Shown piece by piece: positions 1-11,980 of a stretch of 64,000 nucleotides of DNA. The DNA lies in contig CM059432.1 of assembly GCA_030390025.1 (NCBI GenBank), positions 27,964,001-28,028,000 on the forward strand, written 5' to 3'. The first letter of the stretch is position 1; each line of letters starts with the position of its first letter. The stretch comes from Squalus acanthias (taxonomy: Eukaryota). The notes beneath the pieces are model-generated. The model ran no database searches. It was given only the letters and a program-made list of their open reading frames with translations, and was not told where the DNA came from. A program made the translations under genes and the position numbers.

Positions 1-1012
1 GCTGTACTGGCAGGCCACCTCGCCCTCCAGGATCTACGGCGGAGGGAGTGTAGGCAGCGAGAAATATGGGAACATGTGCGCAGAGAGATGAGGAGAACAT
101 CAGGGCTCACACCAGGAGGCCTTACCCTCTGAGGGTCTTCCAACAGCACTTCTCCTACCTTTAATTAAGCGACGAGCAATGTAATAGATGGCTCCACATC
201 ACCAAGGTGGTGGTCACAGAACGCTGTCACCTCCTCCAAACTGACCTCCAGCCTCACACCAGGATGACTTAAACCCCAGATCCCTTTTGCTCACCACATC
301 CCCATCATACCATCCCTGTGTCATGACATATCACAGCGTCCTCCTGGGCGCAAAGGTGAAATGAGAGAGACCACAAAATATTGCAAACTCCATTAATAAA
401 TTAATGCATAAACATATCACACATATCACAGTCATTCTAATAACTAATGACCCTTGTGCCTCCCATAGTTGAATAGATGTCATTGTGTGCAAGGTGTGAG
501 ATGTAGGTGTGTGTTGGTAGGTAGACATTGTTGGTGGGTGAGTGCTGGGGTTCTGGTGCTTTGGGCAGTGTGTGAAGCTTGTGGTACAGATGGTGGTATA
601 TAGCATTTGTTGAAGCATTCAATCACCCTGACCACCCGACTGAGGTGGATCTGCCATGAGCACACCTGCTTCAGTCCTCCGGCACCTTCTCCTTGTTGTG
701 CTTCTCCTTAATGAGGCAGCTGCACAGAGATGCTGAGAATGAGGTGCTGCAGTATCAATGAACCTCCCCTTTAAATACTGGGAAAAGCCTGTGGCAATGA
801 TGAGTTGCGATTAGACTGCACCCGATATTGGTCCACCCTTTAAGTGTAACGCCACTGAGCTAGGCCGTTAAGACTTGATTTAGCGCTCCAGTCATTTCTT
901 TGAGCAGTGAGAATGAATTTTGCATGCAGTCTAAAGCATTAGCGCCTGGCGCTAATTCTCAAACTTTTCTAATGATACCGCTCATTCCTGGGCTATAATG
1001 AATTTCTGGCCC
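1..1012. mobile_element. Right part of a decayed, internally deleted PIF/Harbinger element
   Basis: Bases ~114-270 (+) read RRPYPLRVFQQHFSYL*LSDEQCNRWLHITKVVVTERCHLLQTDLQP (HARBI1-type N-terminus). A Myb exon-1 end remnant lies on the minus strand near 625-660. A terminal AATTTCTGGCCC resembles the other Harbinger TIRs here. Confidence 0.7.
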
Positions 1013-2655
1013 CCAGTCTTTGTGACTATTGTTTTCAAACTTGGAGGTAAACTTTGACCCTTTCACTGGGTTTCCAAAAAGTAAGTCAACACCTTTAGGA
1101 GAGTTTTTGAAGAAGAATGATACTGAGACAAGGGTAGACAGTTCCAACTGAAGAGCTAACACCCGCACAGGTGTGATGGGCCAAATAGTCGGCCCCCCTC
1201 GCAATGCTGCAAGTTCTATGATTCTAAATTTCCCTTTCATTTCAGAAGAACAGGATTCCTTCGCCCCTTCCATCATCAGTTCTACGCACAAAATCTTGAC
1301 TTCTCACAGTTTGTGAAAACCTCATCCCACCCTAACAGTGACTTTTTGACATGAAAATCCTCCAGTTACAAAGACAAATTCCTTCTCCGAAGGCAAACTC
1401 ATGAATAAGAACAAGTTATTTTTGGGAAGCTGCCCAGAATCCTCCATGAGATCCAATCATTTTTTGTTTCTGAGCAGTTTCCATTAATTGACTAAATTTG
1501 TTCAAATGGATAAAACATTAACCATTAACAAGCAACATTAATGAAATTGTCAAAGAGTGATGGATTTATGGGAGATCAACTGTGCTTCAGGAGACAGGGC
1601 AGGTATTCGAATGGCAACTAGCCATCCCTCTGGAATATTTAAAGGGGAAATACAGTATACCGAATTGTCACATAATCCTGGATGACAATATCTAGAAATT
1701 TACTAGAAACAGGATCTTACAGCACTGAAGGAAACCATTCGGCCCATCATGCCTGTGCTGGTGCCTAGTGTCTCTTAGTCATCTTTTGATGCTTGGAAGC
1801 AGCTTGGGGGGCAGACATTTTGAGCTAGATTTTCAAATGACCGCTTTGTGGTTAGCCCTCATTAGCGCTCCGTTGTTGAACTGCTCGCAGTTTTGGAGCA
1901 CTTCACTAATTGGAAGGGGTGGGAAATCGCCTCTTTGAGAGAGAAAAGATAGAGGCAAATTGAAGAGACAAAACAGAGAGAAGGGGGTCACAATAGAGGG
2001 AGGAGAAAGAAATAAGTCAAATAAAACAGATAGGAAAGAATAAGCTGGAGAGAGGACTGGGTTAGCTGATCTGGGCTAGAATAGTTGGAACCGTACCTCT
2101 CCATAAGAAAAAGGGAGAATCAAATACTTTTTGAAACAGAGTTAAACATATGCCAGGAGGATGAAGCCCCTCCCATTATCTAGCTAGGCTGATGGTTCTG
2201 ACAATCAAAAACTCCGACTCCATGCTGCAGCTACCCAAGCTCATAGAAAGTAAACTTTAATTTCTGCGTGGCACGTTACAGAATGTAATGATATTCCTCA
2301 GAAGTCCCTACCCGGAGAAATATTGGTGAGAGAGGCTTCTTAAAGGATTGCAAATCTTTTAATGACTGAACCCTTCAAGATTTGAAGGCCTATTCCGCTC
2401 CGGCCTAACGGAAGGCAAGTTACACCCAAATTATTTTGACAGAAAAGATGTGCATTTACATGGTGCTGTTACATTCCTAGGTCTTTTGTTCATTGTCAAA
2501 ATTCACTCCTGCAAACGAGGCCCTGCTCCCTGTGACCAGGCCGTCCTTGTACGGCCAATATCGGATAATGTAGCGAGCCCAGGGGGTCGAACAGAAATGC
2601 TCGTTATTGTATTTAGCTGACTGGATATGTCATATGTCCTCTCTTTGTGGGGTTG

Positions 2656-2816
2656 GCGGATACATTTCCGTTAGGGTTTTCCCAATCATCCAGGAAGAGC
2701 CACAGAAATCCCGGAAAAATGCAGACACCATTTACACCATTTTTCCCGGGTTTCTATGGCTCTTCTGCCAAGGTTTCGGTGGATGAGCGGGGCAACCGCC
2801 CACAGAAATTTACCGC
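2656..2816. mobile_element. Old palindromic MITE-like fold-back element
   Basis: Arms gaagagccacagaaatcccggaaaaat / atttttcccgggtttctatggctcttc plus outer imperfect inverted repeats. Similar architecture at 31121-31299 and 62412-62565. Confidence 0.55.
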
Positions 2817-2899
2817 TAAGATCTAGACTTCAGAAAGTGGTAGAATAAACACTCTATCAGCACACGGCTTCCGCTATAAAGGGTCACAAAACAGATAGT

Positions 2900-4340
2900 A
2901 AGAGCTACAAAAAAGGGATATGAAAGGAAACTTGCAAGGGATATCAAAATCAACTCAATTTTTTTTTACTATTATATTAGGAAAAAGAGGATTGTCAGGA
3001 GCAATGTTGGCCCCTTAAAAACTGAAAGCGGTGATATTATCAATGGTAATAAGGAAATGGCGGACATGTTGACTAACTACTTTGTGTCAGTACTTACAGT
3101 AGAGGAAGAGGATAGCATGCCCGAAATCCCAAGGAAACTAAATCAGGGACAGGGACTCAATAAAATTAATGTAAGTAAAATAACAGTAATGAAGAAAATA
3201 ATGGCACTAAAGAGTGACAAATCCCCAGGACCAGAGGTTTCCATCCCAGGGTTTTAAAGGAAGTAGGTGAGTACATTGCAGATGCCCTAACTATAATCTT
3301 CCAAAGTTCTCTCGATTCAGGAACTGTTCCTTTAGATTGGAAAATTGCACATGTCGCTCCGCTATTTAAAAATGGTGAGAGAGGAAACCAGGGAATTATA
3401 GGGCAGTTAGGCTAACATCTGTTGTCGGGAAATTGCTGGAGTCTATAATTAAGGTTAGGGTGACTGAACACCTCGAAAATTTTCAGTTCATCAGAGAGAG
3501 CCAACATGAGTTTGTGAAAGGCAGGTCATGCCTGACAAACCTGAATGAATTTTTTGAAGAGGTAACTAAAGTAGTGGATAGGGGAATGTCTATGGATGTT
3601 ATTTATATGGACTTCCAGAAGGCATTTGATAAAGTCCCACATAAGAGACTGTTAACTAAGGTAGAAGCCAACGGAATTGAGGGAAAATTATTGACCTGGT
3701 TAGGAAGTTGGCTGAGCGGCAGGAGACAGAGAGTAGGGATAATGGGTAGGTACTCAAATTGGCAGGAGGTGACTAGTGGTGTCCTGCAGGGATCTGTGTT
3801 GGGGCCTCAACTATTCACAGTATTTGTTAACGACTGAGATGATGGCATAGAAAGTCATATATCAAAATTTGCCAATGACACAAAGATGGTGGAATTGTAG
3901 GCAGTGTAGATGGAAGTATAAAATTACAAAGGGATATCGACAGATTAAGTGAATGGGCAAAACTGTGGCAAATGGATTTCAATGTAGGCAAATGTGAGGT
4001 CATCCACTTTGGACCTAAAAAGGATAGAACAGAGTACTTTCTAAATGGTGAAAGGCTAAAAACAGTGGAGGTCCAAAGAGACTTGGGGGTCCAGGTACAC
4101 AGATCATTAAAATGTCATGAACAGGTACAGAAAATAATCAAAAAGGCTAATGGAATGCTGGCCTTTATACCTAAAGGACTAGAATACAACAGGGGTAGCA
4201 GTTATGCTGCAGCTATACAAAACCGTGTTAAACCACACCAGGAGTACTGTGAGCAGTTCTGGGCACCACACCTTAAGAAGGATATATTGGCCTTGGAGGG
4301 AGTGCAGCATAGGTTGACCAAAATGATACCCGGACTTCAA
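2900..4340 (+). mobile_element. CR1 (HER1-like) LINE, decayed RT region, 5' part of a split copy
   Basis: ORF fragments KSDKSPGP, YMDFQKAFDKVPH, SGVLQGSVLGP, KCEVIHFG, with frameshifts and stops. Start approximate. Confidence 0.92.
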
Positions 4341-4743
4341 GGGCTCGATTTTCACTGGCCCGTGGAGCGGGATTGGGGGCATGTGGGGAGTTAAAATAGC
4401 AAAGAATGGCGGGCGGGCCCGATCCCGCCTCTGCTGAATTTTCCCAGTTGTGAGTTTTCATATCCCGTTCCCGTCCCGCCTCCAAGAGGCGGGATAGGCC
4501 CTTAAGGCCATTGACAACCACTTAATTGCCTCTATAATCCCATTTTGAGAGGCCTTTCTGATTTTAACACTTTTCCGACGTGATGCACGCCTCCTCTGAA
4601 ACACGACAGTGAAACCTGGTGGTAGCACACTTGGATTGCTGACTATCAGCTGCAGGTCCACCATTAGGAAGGAGTTCTGATCAATCATCATTCTGGGGGA
4701 ACTTTTAGCAGTCATAGACATAGTTGTGGATGTTTGGAGCCTG

Positions 4744-4744
<1 letters not shown>

Positions 4745-4787
<43 letters not shown>

Positions 4788-4807
4788 ATGGTGGTGGTGG
4801 TGGTGGT
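4745..4807. repeat. (AGT)n then (GGT)n microsatellite
   Basis: Directly visible, inside the MITE. Confidence 0.95.
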
Positions 4808-5119
4808 AAATGGTAAATTCTGGGAGCAGACTTAGGTCTCCTGCTGCTCATTTTGCCTCCAGGTCCCTCTCACAGCAAAGGCCAAAAGCATCCCAGTCTT
4901 TGCAGACTTTAAATGCAGCAGCAATGATGACATCATCAGAGGCGACTTTCAGACTGAAAACACTAATTGGGTCATGGGTTCCCACATGCTGGAACTCAAT
5001 TGCCCAATTAGGGGAAAATCGAATAATTCTCCCACATCCAATTGGAGTCGGGTGGCTAACACGAAAAGCGGATGACACGACCCCAGCCCGCCCCAATGAC
5101 AAAATCAGAGACAGACACA

Positions 5120-5470
5120 GGCTGTGAGATTCTCAGCAGCTCAGCTCAGTGCTGTGTGAACGGGTGAGCTCCACACCCCGGCTTGCAGGGAATGCTAGTG
5201 TGGAGGGCCCAGTGCAGAAGGCCTAGGGTGGGAAGGCTGTGAGATTCTCAGCTCAGCTCAGCTCGGTGCTGTGTGAACGGGTGAGCTCCACACCCCGGCT
5301 GCTTGCAGGGAATGCTAGTGTGGAGAGCCCAGTGCAGAAGGCCCAGGGCGGGAAGGCTGTGAGATTCTCAGCTCAGCTCAACTAGGTGCTGTGCGAACCA
5401 GCTGCTCTACACCCCGGCTGCTCGCGGGGAATGCCGGTGTGGAGGGCCCGGTGCAGAAGGCCCAGGGTGG
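5120..5470 (+). repeat. Three tandem GC-rich monomers of ~115-120 bp
   Basis: GGCTGTGAGATTCTCAGC recurs at 5120, 5235 and 5355, each followed by ...CACCCCGGCT...GGGAATGC..GTGTGGAG..CCC.GTGCAGAAGGCC. Confidence 0.92.
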
Positions 5471-6325
5471 AAGACCCAGAGGAGAGTGGCCCAGGCGGGA
5501 GGCCCAGCACTGAGAACCCCAGGCGGGGGGCCCAGGGCGGGGCGGCTGATCGGCAGAGGTGGAGTTGGGAGAAGGTGTGGGTGAGCATGCTGCACTGGTT
5601 CCAAAAGTTAAAGAATGGTCTCGGGCCTGAAGGAGTTCCAGCGGCCCTGTATGTGCTCCGTCTGGCGGCAGCTGTGAGGCTTTTTCTTGGTGACGGGACT
5701 GGGTTTGTGCGCCGCCATTTTGGAGGAGGAAAGACAAACTGTTTCCATCTGTAGTGTGTCACGTGAGTGGTCACAAGATGGAAATGTGAACGGTTAAAAG
5801 TGAAAAAAAGAAGGAAAAATAAAAGGAAGATAAAAGACAAAATAAAGTTATATCGGTAAGGAATAATGACTATTTGATGGCTGGGCCCTGTGAGCGATAA
5901 CAGCAAGTAGAAGAAAATTTGAGTGTTCGGTCTTTTTTACGGGATTGAGATAGTGGATGGTTTCTTTTCCGTGGAAAAGCTGAAGACTGTGGATAAGGAC
6001 TATGACATCACATGGTTGGACAAACATCAAGTGAAAACGAGGAGTTATTAAATTGCCAATAGGACTGGCGTAGAACTGGTATTACTTGTTTTGTTGAAAA
6101 AGCTTCAGGTTTTTCTGGTTGAAAGCAGTCTACTTGAAGCTTATTGATTTCTGATAAGGCTATGGGGTTTTGCACATTGTGTTGTTAATTAGTGGTTATG
6201 TAGAATTTACTTTGAGATTATTGTCTAGTAAATGGTATGTCTTAAAATAAGTTAATGGGGGATAATTAAAAAGAAAAAAAAAGATAAAATAATTTGATAT
6301 TGGTAAGAAATCTGAGTAAACTATT

Positions 6326-6582
6326 GGACGGACGGACGCTTGAGTGAACGAACGAACAAACGATTGAACGCACGCATGCACATTGGAACTTACGCTCGAT
6401 CGAACGAACTATCGTCTGGTCAGCGATTGAACGAGCGAACGCACGCATGCACGCACTTAGACAAATGGTACGCACGCACGCACATTGGAACTTACGCTCG
6501 ATCGAACGAACGGACGAACACTCGAGTGAACGAACGAACGATTGAATGAACGATCGAATGAACGATTGAATGAACAAACGAT
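6326..6582 (+). repeat. CpG-rich complex tetranucleotide array (GAAC/GCAC/GAAT) with an internal duplicated block
   Basis: Runs of gaacgaac and gcacgcac; block gcacattggaacttacgctcgatcgaacgaac occurs twice. Confidence 0.88.
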
Positions 6583-6941
6583 GCCAGTAGGACTGGCGTA
6601 AAATGGGTAGTAGTATATTTACAGCATTTAATTGAATTATGATGGTGCTATGTGATTTGTACACTGGTGTTAATTGGTTTCTTTTATGTGGAGTTTACTT
6701 TGAGATTTATTGTTTTAAATCTATAGAGTTTGTGTGTGTTTATTTAAGGGTATTTGTACTGTAAACTTCGTTGATTTATTTGTAAAACTTTATCATTGCA
6801 TTTATATTGTTAATCATAAAGCTGTTTTTTTAAGGCTTTATTGTTTATTGTGATCAATGAATGAAAAGGTTTACTATGTAATTGATGAGTTGTATAAGTA
6901 CTATTGTACTTGAATAAAAGATTAATGACAAAATCGAGCCC

Positions 6942-7390
6942 CAAGGATTAAGTTACAAGGAGAAATTACACAAATTAGGGTTGTATTCCCTAGAATTTAG
7001 AAGGTTAAGGGGTAATCTGATCGAAGTTTTCAAGATATTAAAGGGAACAGATAGGGTAGATAGAGAGAAACTATTTCCACTGGTTGGAGATTCTAGAACT
7101 AGGGGGCATAGTCTAAAAATTAGAGCCAGACCTTTCAGGAGTGAAATTAGGAAACACTTCTACACACAATGGGAGGTAGAAGCTTGGAACTCTCTTTCGT
7201 AAACGGCAATTGATGCTAGATAATTGTTAATTTTAAATCTGAGATTGATAGCTTTTTGTTAACCAAAGGTATTAGGGGATATGGGCCAAAGGCGGGTATA
7301 TGGAGTTAGGTCGCAGATCAGCCATGATCTCATTGAATGACGGAGCAGGCTCGAGGGGCTGAATGGCCTGCTCCTGCTCCTATGTTCCTA
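6942..7390 (+). mobile_element. CR1 LINE 3' part (continuation of 2900-4340)
   Basis: Removing 4341-6941 and one CAA restores ...MIPGLQ-GLSYKEKLH...YSLEFRRLRG. Ends in a cctatgttccta tail. Confidence 0.92.
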
Positions 7391-7494
7391 ATTACAGAAC
7401 AGGTGTATTAAAAGAAGCAGATAAAGAGTAGCAATGTAGATTACAACAGATTGCAGTAGTTTACAGGATGTCTCTTCCTGCTGTAAGGTGTGTT

Positions 7495-7818
7495 TTTATT
7501 CATTCTAGGCTTATAGGTGTCGCCAGCAAGGTCAGCATTTATTGTTCATCCCTAGTTGCCCTTGAGAAGATGGTGGTGGGCCTTTTTCTTGAACCACTTA
7601 ACTTCATGTGGTGAAGGTACTCCCACAATGCTGTTAGGTAGGGAGTTCCAGGAGTTTAACCCAGCGACAATGAAGGATCGGCGATATATGTCTAAGTCGG
7701 GTTGGTGTGTGACATAGAGGGGAACTTGGAGGTGATGGTGTTCCTATGCACCTGCTGCCCTTCTATGTGGTGTAGGTTGCAGTTTAGAGAGGTGCTGTCG
7801 AAAAAGCCTTGGTGAGTG
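7495..7818 (-). mobile_element. 3' fragment of a second shark LINE family (same family as 21890-23360)
   Basis: Shares the ...gcatttattg.ccatccctagttgcccttgagaag.tggtggtg... tail with 21890-22200, 21172-21415 and 37525-37905. Confidence 0.8.
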
Positions 7819-8002
7819 TGTACATAATGAGCTCAGCTGTTCAATCAATAGTGCTTCTTCAACAAAAGAACCAGCAACAGTCTCTGCATCATTTAGCTCG
7901 TCAGTCCGAACTGACTCATATAAGATTAAGGCAGATACAAGTTCAGGCCTATCTAGAGCCAATCACTCATCGAACTGCCAAATAAACCCTCCTCTATAGC
8001 AC
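7819..8002. repeat. Unclassified ~185-bp dispersed repeat, copy 1
   Basis: Colinear with 10435-10627: tgtacata..gagctcagctg, ctgcatcatttagct.gtcagt, agttcaggcctatc.aga.ccaatcactcatc.aactg.caaataa. Confidence 0.8.
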
Positions 8003-8477
8003 GAAAAGCACCAGCCTCTTCGCAATGTAAAGTGTCAATAAGGAGTTTGACAATAAAGCTGGAACATATTAAAGGGCCTATAGGTGCGGGGAAACTGAGA
8101 ATATTACTTTGAATTAAGCAAGCCCAAGCAAGAAGGAAAGACATAGGCCTGAATTTTTAACTTTGAGATGCGCTGCCAGTGGGGGAGTCGTGGATCGTGT
8201 CAGGAACCCCAGAAGTTGGAGGGGTGCTGTTTGCAGGGGCTTTTTAATGATGCCACCGCAATTGAATCAGGCTTCCGGGTTTCCCGACCAATTAACTGGA
8301 GCGGGCGTGATTACGTCACGTAGGACTCGAATTCAGCTGAGGTATTTAAAGAAGCAATGCGTAGATGACAGCTGAAGGTTGGTGGAGGTGGAAGATAGGC
8401 TGTTGGAGTAGAGAGTGCATTGTGGAAATGCAGAGTTGGTTGTTGGTAAATAATTTGATATTGCTGTGTACTAAAAA

Positions 8478-9709
8478 ATGCAGGCTGAACGACAGAAAGC
8501 TGCCCCGAGATTCAGTGATGCCTCCCTGGAAATCCTGCAGAGTTGCGGAGCCTGCTGGTGGTGGGAGATGGAGAGAGGGGGAACTCCCAGCTACCTGGTG
8601 ACAGAATAAAATATCACACAGCCACGTGGCATACAACAGTCACTCATGTTCACTTGGTGTCAGCAGCCAGTGAAATATGATCATGTGCATAATAGTAACT
8701 TACAATATTCTCATCATAACAATTCTAATTCATATCTTTACTCTCCCACAGGCCCATCAAGTGTCCCCCCCCACTGTCCAGCCAGAGGAGGAAGACGACT
8801 CCTCAGAGGAGGTTGCGGACTCTGAGGGTGCATCGTCACATGACCCGTGCACACCAAGCACCAGCGCAGATATACACACGTCGGTGGGTCCACCAGGTCA
8901 GAAAGTAGTGTTGTCACCTGGTGTCTCACAGATCACATGTGAACAGGAGCAGGTGGAGACAGAGACAGCAGTGGAGAGTCCTCGTCGGAGGGTGCAGGAC
9001 GCTCCAAGCAGTTCTCAGCTGGACGAAGATGAAGAACCTCAGTGGCCGTCGACAAAGTGGAAGATTCTTGAGGAGCAACAGAAAATGCGGGAGAGTTCCA
9101 GCCGCGATGTGCTCGATTGCAGGGAGAATGGAGGAGTCCATCTCCAGCATGACTGGCATGATGTCGCAGGCCATGGCAATGATGTGTTCATCCATGGAAA
9201 GGGTGGCCACCTGTATGGAACATCAAATGCGGCGTTCAAACAAGTGCATGCTTGCTCTGACCAAAAGCTTGCACACTCTGAATGCCACCTTATCTAGGGT
9301 GGATAGAAACCTAGACTTGGCCGTTCATCGCCCCACTGATGTGAAGCAAAGTGTTCTCCAGCTCCTTGCTAGCAGGGAAATGCGGGTAGGCCATGAGAGG
9401 GATGATGGTGACAGGGGACATGGAAGTGGGGTCTCTGCTCAAAGTGCTCCCACTTCTCCCCCGTTGCCCCCCCCTCAGTCAGAGCCCCACATACTGCCTC
9501 GTGTCCCGATGGCCGAGTCTGCCCCTGCACAGGTGCAGGTGGAGCAGTCTTTGGCGAGGCCCTCACAGGCTCCAAAACACAGAGGACATCTATCAAAAGT
9601 GTCTCAGCAGTCAGAGCAGGGAAGTGAGCAGCCTGCCTCTACCTCTGCTGAAGCCACAGGGGTTGCACGGCACAGGAGAGGCAGGAAGAGGAAGATTAAA
9701 GAATTCTAG
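8478..9709 (+). pseudogene. Harbinger Myb/SANT-like DNA-binding partner gene, spliced, internally deleted
   Basis: AERQKAAPRFSDASLEILQ (Myb start); donor CCTG|gtgaca near 8597; acceptor ctcccacag|GCC near 8750. The last exon is acidic then helical, frameshifted, and ends in basic RHRRGRKRKIKEF*. Confidence 0.75.
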
Positions 9710-9973
9710 GTGCACAAGTGTATGCACATGGGTGTGTTACAAAATGTTAGATTGTTAAGTTTCTGCTTACTTTCTGAGCCGCATAAAATTATTTCTTTGC
9801 ATCACTTTCCCGTCTTGTCCATTTTTGCCTGCTGCCTGATAAGTGGCCTTGTCAGTTAGAGTCAATGGGTGTGTGTGTGACAGAAATGGTTTGGTCATTT
9901 TAGGACTGCTTTGTGGTTGGGTGGGGGAAAGTTGGTTCAGCATCTGGGTGCCATATTGGTGCACTGGTGCAAC

Positions 9974-10430
9974 CTAACTAAGTCGTGCCATTATGAGGCC
10001 ATCCTGAGCCTCCAGGGCAGCAATGTGTGCCGCTGCTGGTGCTATGTCCATTTCAGATTCCTCCTCCTCTTCCACCTCCTCCTCCTCCTCATATTCCTCC
10101 TCCTCCTCTGAAGGGGCTCTGCGCCCTGCTCCTCTAGCAGCTCCAATCCTCGTTACTGCGCTCTGTTGTGAAGAGCGCAGCATACCATGATCATTCTGGA
10201 GACCCTGGCTGGTGTGTATTGAAGGGCTCCTCCAGATTTGTCCAGGCATTTGAAGCGCATCTTCAGCATCTCGACTGCTTGCTCTATTACACATCTCGTC
10301 ATCATTTGGCTTTGATTGTAGCGCTCTTCGGCCTCATTGCTTGGCCTCCTCAAGAGTGTCATCAGCCTCGTCTTCAGTGGATACCCCTTAACAATCCATC
10401 TCCAAACTCCTTTTTCTATTCCTGCTGTAA
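9974..10430 (-). pseudogene. HARBI1-type Harbinger transposase, C-terminal DDE part, frameshifted
   Basis: KGYPLKTRLMTLLRRPSNEAEERYNQSQMMTRCVIEQAVEMLKMRFKCLDKSGGALQYTPARVSRMIMVCCALHN, followed by a poly-Glu tail in another frame. Confidence 0.9.
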
Positions 10431-10434
10431 GGTT

Positions 10435-10627
10435 TGTACATATGGAGCTCAGCTGCTCGAACAATAGCGCTCCTTAAACAAAAAAAAAACTGGCAACATA
10501 TTCAGTTTCTGCATCATTTAGCTTGTCAGTTCCAAGTGAGCTGTAAGAATTTAAAGCAGATATGAGTTCAGGCCTATCCAGATCCAATCACTCATCAAAC
10601 TGTCAAATAACCCCCCTGATACAGCAC
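10435..10627. repeat. Unclassified ~190-bp dispersed repeat, copy 2
   Basis: Same orientation as copy 1; abuts the truncated Harbinger transposase. Confidence 0.8.
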
Positions 10628-10649
10628 TAAATGTCCTTGAGTGTGTTTT

Positions 10650-11980
10650 TCCAGACCCTTGCTCATTTTTCCTGCAATGTCTGGTTTGAAGTGCTCCAAG
10701 CGGGTGTCACCTCTCGCACAGTATTGAAAGGCCCTAACCAACGTCATGAACAACATTCTCTGTGACTGTGAGCATGGCGCATTTTCCCTCCTTATGCTCC
10801 TTGACCTCTCTGTAGTCTTTGACATAGGCCGCCACACGATCCTCCTCCAACACTATTCTTCAGCTCAGTGGGGCTGCCCTCACTTAGTTCCACTCTTACC
10901 TATCTGATTGTAGCCGGAGCACCTCTTCCCAGCCCCACATTGTCACTGCAGGAGCCCCCCAAGATCCATCCTTCACTCCACCTTCCTGATACATGTTGCC
11001 CCTTGGTGACATTATGCCGTAGACTTGGGGTACGCTTCCAATGATGATGACCAGCCCCACCTCTCCACCTCCTCTCTCGATCCAATCACTACCTCTGTGC
11101 TGTCAGACTGCTTGTCCAATATCCAGTCATGGCTAAGCTGTAATTTCCATCCAGCTAAACATTGAGAAGATCGAAGCTATCATCTTCGGACTCTGCCATT
11201 AAGTTTTTACACTCTCCATCGACTCCATACCCCTCTCTGACAACTGTTTCAGGCTGAATCAGACTGCTCAGAACATTGACAACCCTTTTTGATCCCTCCG
11301 CTGAGCTTCTGACCCCATATTCCCTCCATCACAAAGATTGCCTGCATCACTTCCATAACATCATCATCACCGCAATCTCTATCTCAGCCCACTAACTGCT
11401 AGACCCATCATCATGCTTTTATCACCTCCAAATTTGATTAGTCAAATGTTCCCTGGTCAGTCTCCTTGCCTCACCATCCAGAAACTTCATCTCATCCAAA
11501 ACTCTGCTGCCCGTGCTGTGGGAGGTGGACACGTGCTGGGAGGAACCTAAACCAGGCGTTGCAGGAAAGATGCTTGTCCGTCACCCCTGTCCTTGCTAAT
11601 CTACATTGGCTCTTGGTCCCCTCATGCCTGAAATTTAAAATTCTTGTGTTTAAATCCCTCCACTTCCATGCCTCTCCCAATCTCTGTAATGCCCTCCAGT
11701 GCTGCAACCTCTTGGGACTTTCTGTTCCTCTGACTCTAGCCTATAGTGCAATCCCCCTATCTTGCCCCACCATTTGTGGATGTGCCTTCAACTGGAACCC
11801 TCCCTTAACCCCCTCTCTCTCCACCTTCCTCTTTTCCTTTAAGACCCTTATTCAATCTACCTTTTTGACAAAGGTTTTGGTCATCTCTCCTAATATCTCT
11901 TTTACCTTGGTATTCATTGTCTCTGTGAAGCATTTTGCGATGTTTTTCTATATTTCAGGTACTAAATAAGTGTAAGTTGT
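10650..11980 (+). mobile_element. L2-clade LINE fragment, decayed RT and 3' tail
   Basis: Remnants of QSGF...LLDLS..FD and VTPVLANLHWLLV...KFKILVFKSLH. Confidence 0.85.

Larger units (their letters stand above)
5107..6923 (+). mobile_element. Unclassified non-coding composite insertion, probably retroposed
   Basis: Flanked by an exact 12-bp direct repeat AATGACAAAATC (5095-5106, 6924-6935). AATAAA lies ~5 nt from the 3' end. GC-rich tandem 5' monomers and AT-rich 3' half; no recognisable ORF. Confidence 0.75.
4341..6941. mobile_element. Harbinger-type MITE (~770 bp of its own sequence) carrying a nested 1.8-kb insert
   Basis: Perfect 12-bp TIR GGGCTCGATTTT / AAAATCGAGCCC; 3-bp TSD CAA (4338-4340, 6942-6944); interrupts a CR1 reading frame. 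Confidence 0.9.
8146..10434. mobile_element. Decayed PIF/Harbinger element (left TIR, Myb-like gene, 3' part of transposase)
   Basis: Starts GGCCTGAATTTT; contains convergent Myb-like (+) and HARBI1-like (-) remnants; right end lost. Confidence 0.85.

Noticed and set aside
5378..5906. Overlapping 119-174 aa ORFs in the 1.8-kb insert
   Set aside because: Open frames are explained by GC-rich repeats and low-complexity tracts; no domain is recognisable.
8677..9709. 206-aa and 262-aa ORFs as a novel host gene
   Set aside because: They are frameshifted halves of the last exon of the Harbinger Myb-like gene, whose DNA-binding exon is mostly deleted.
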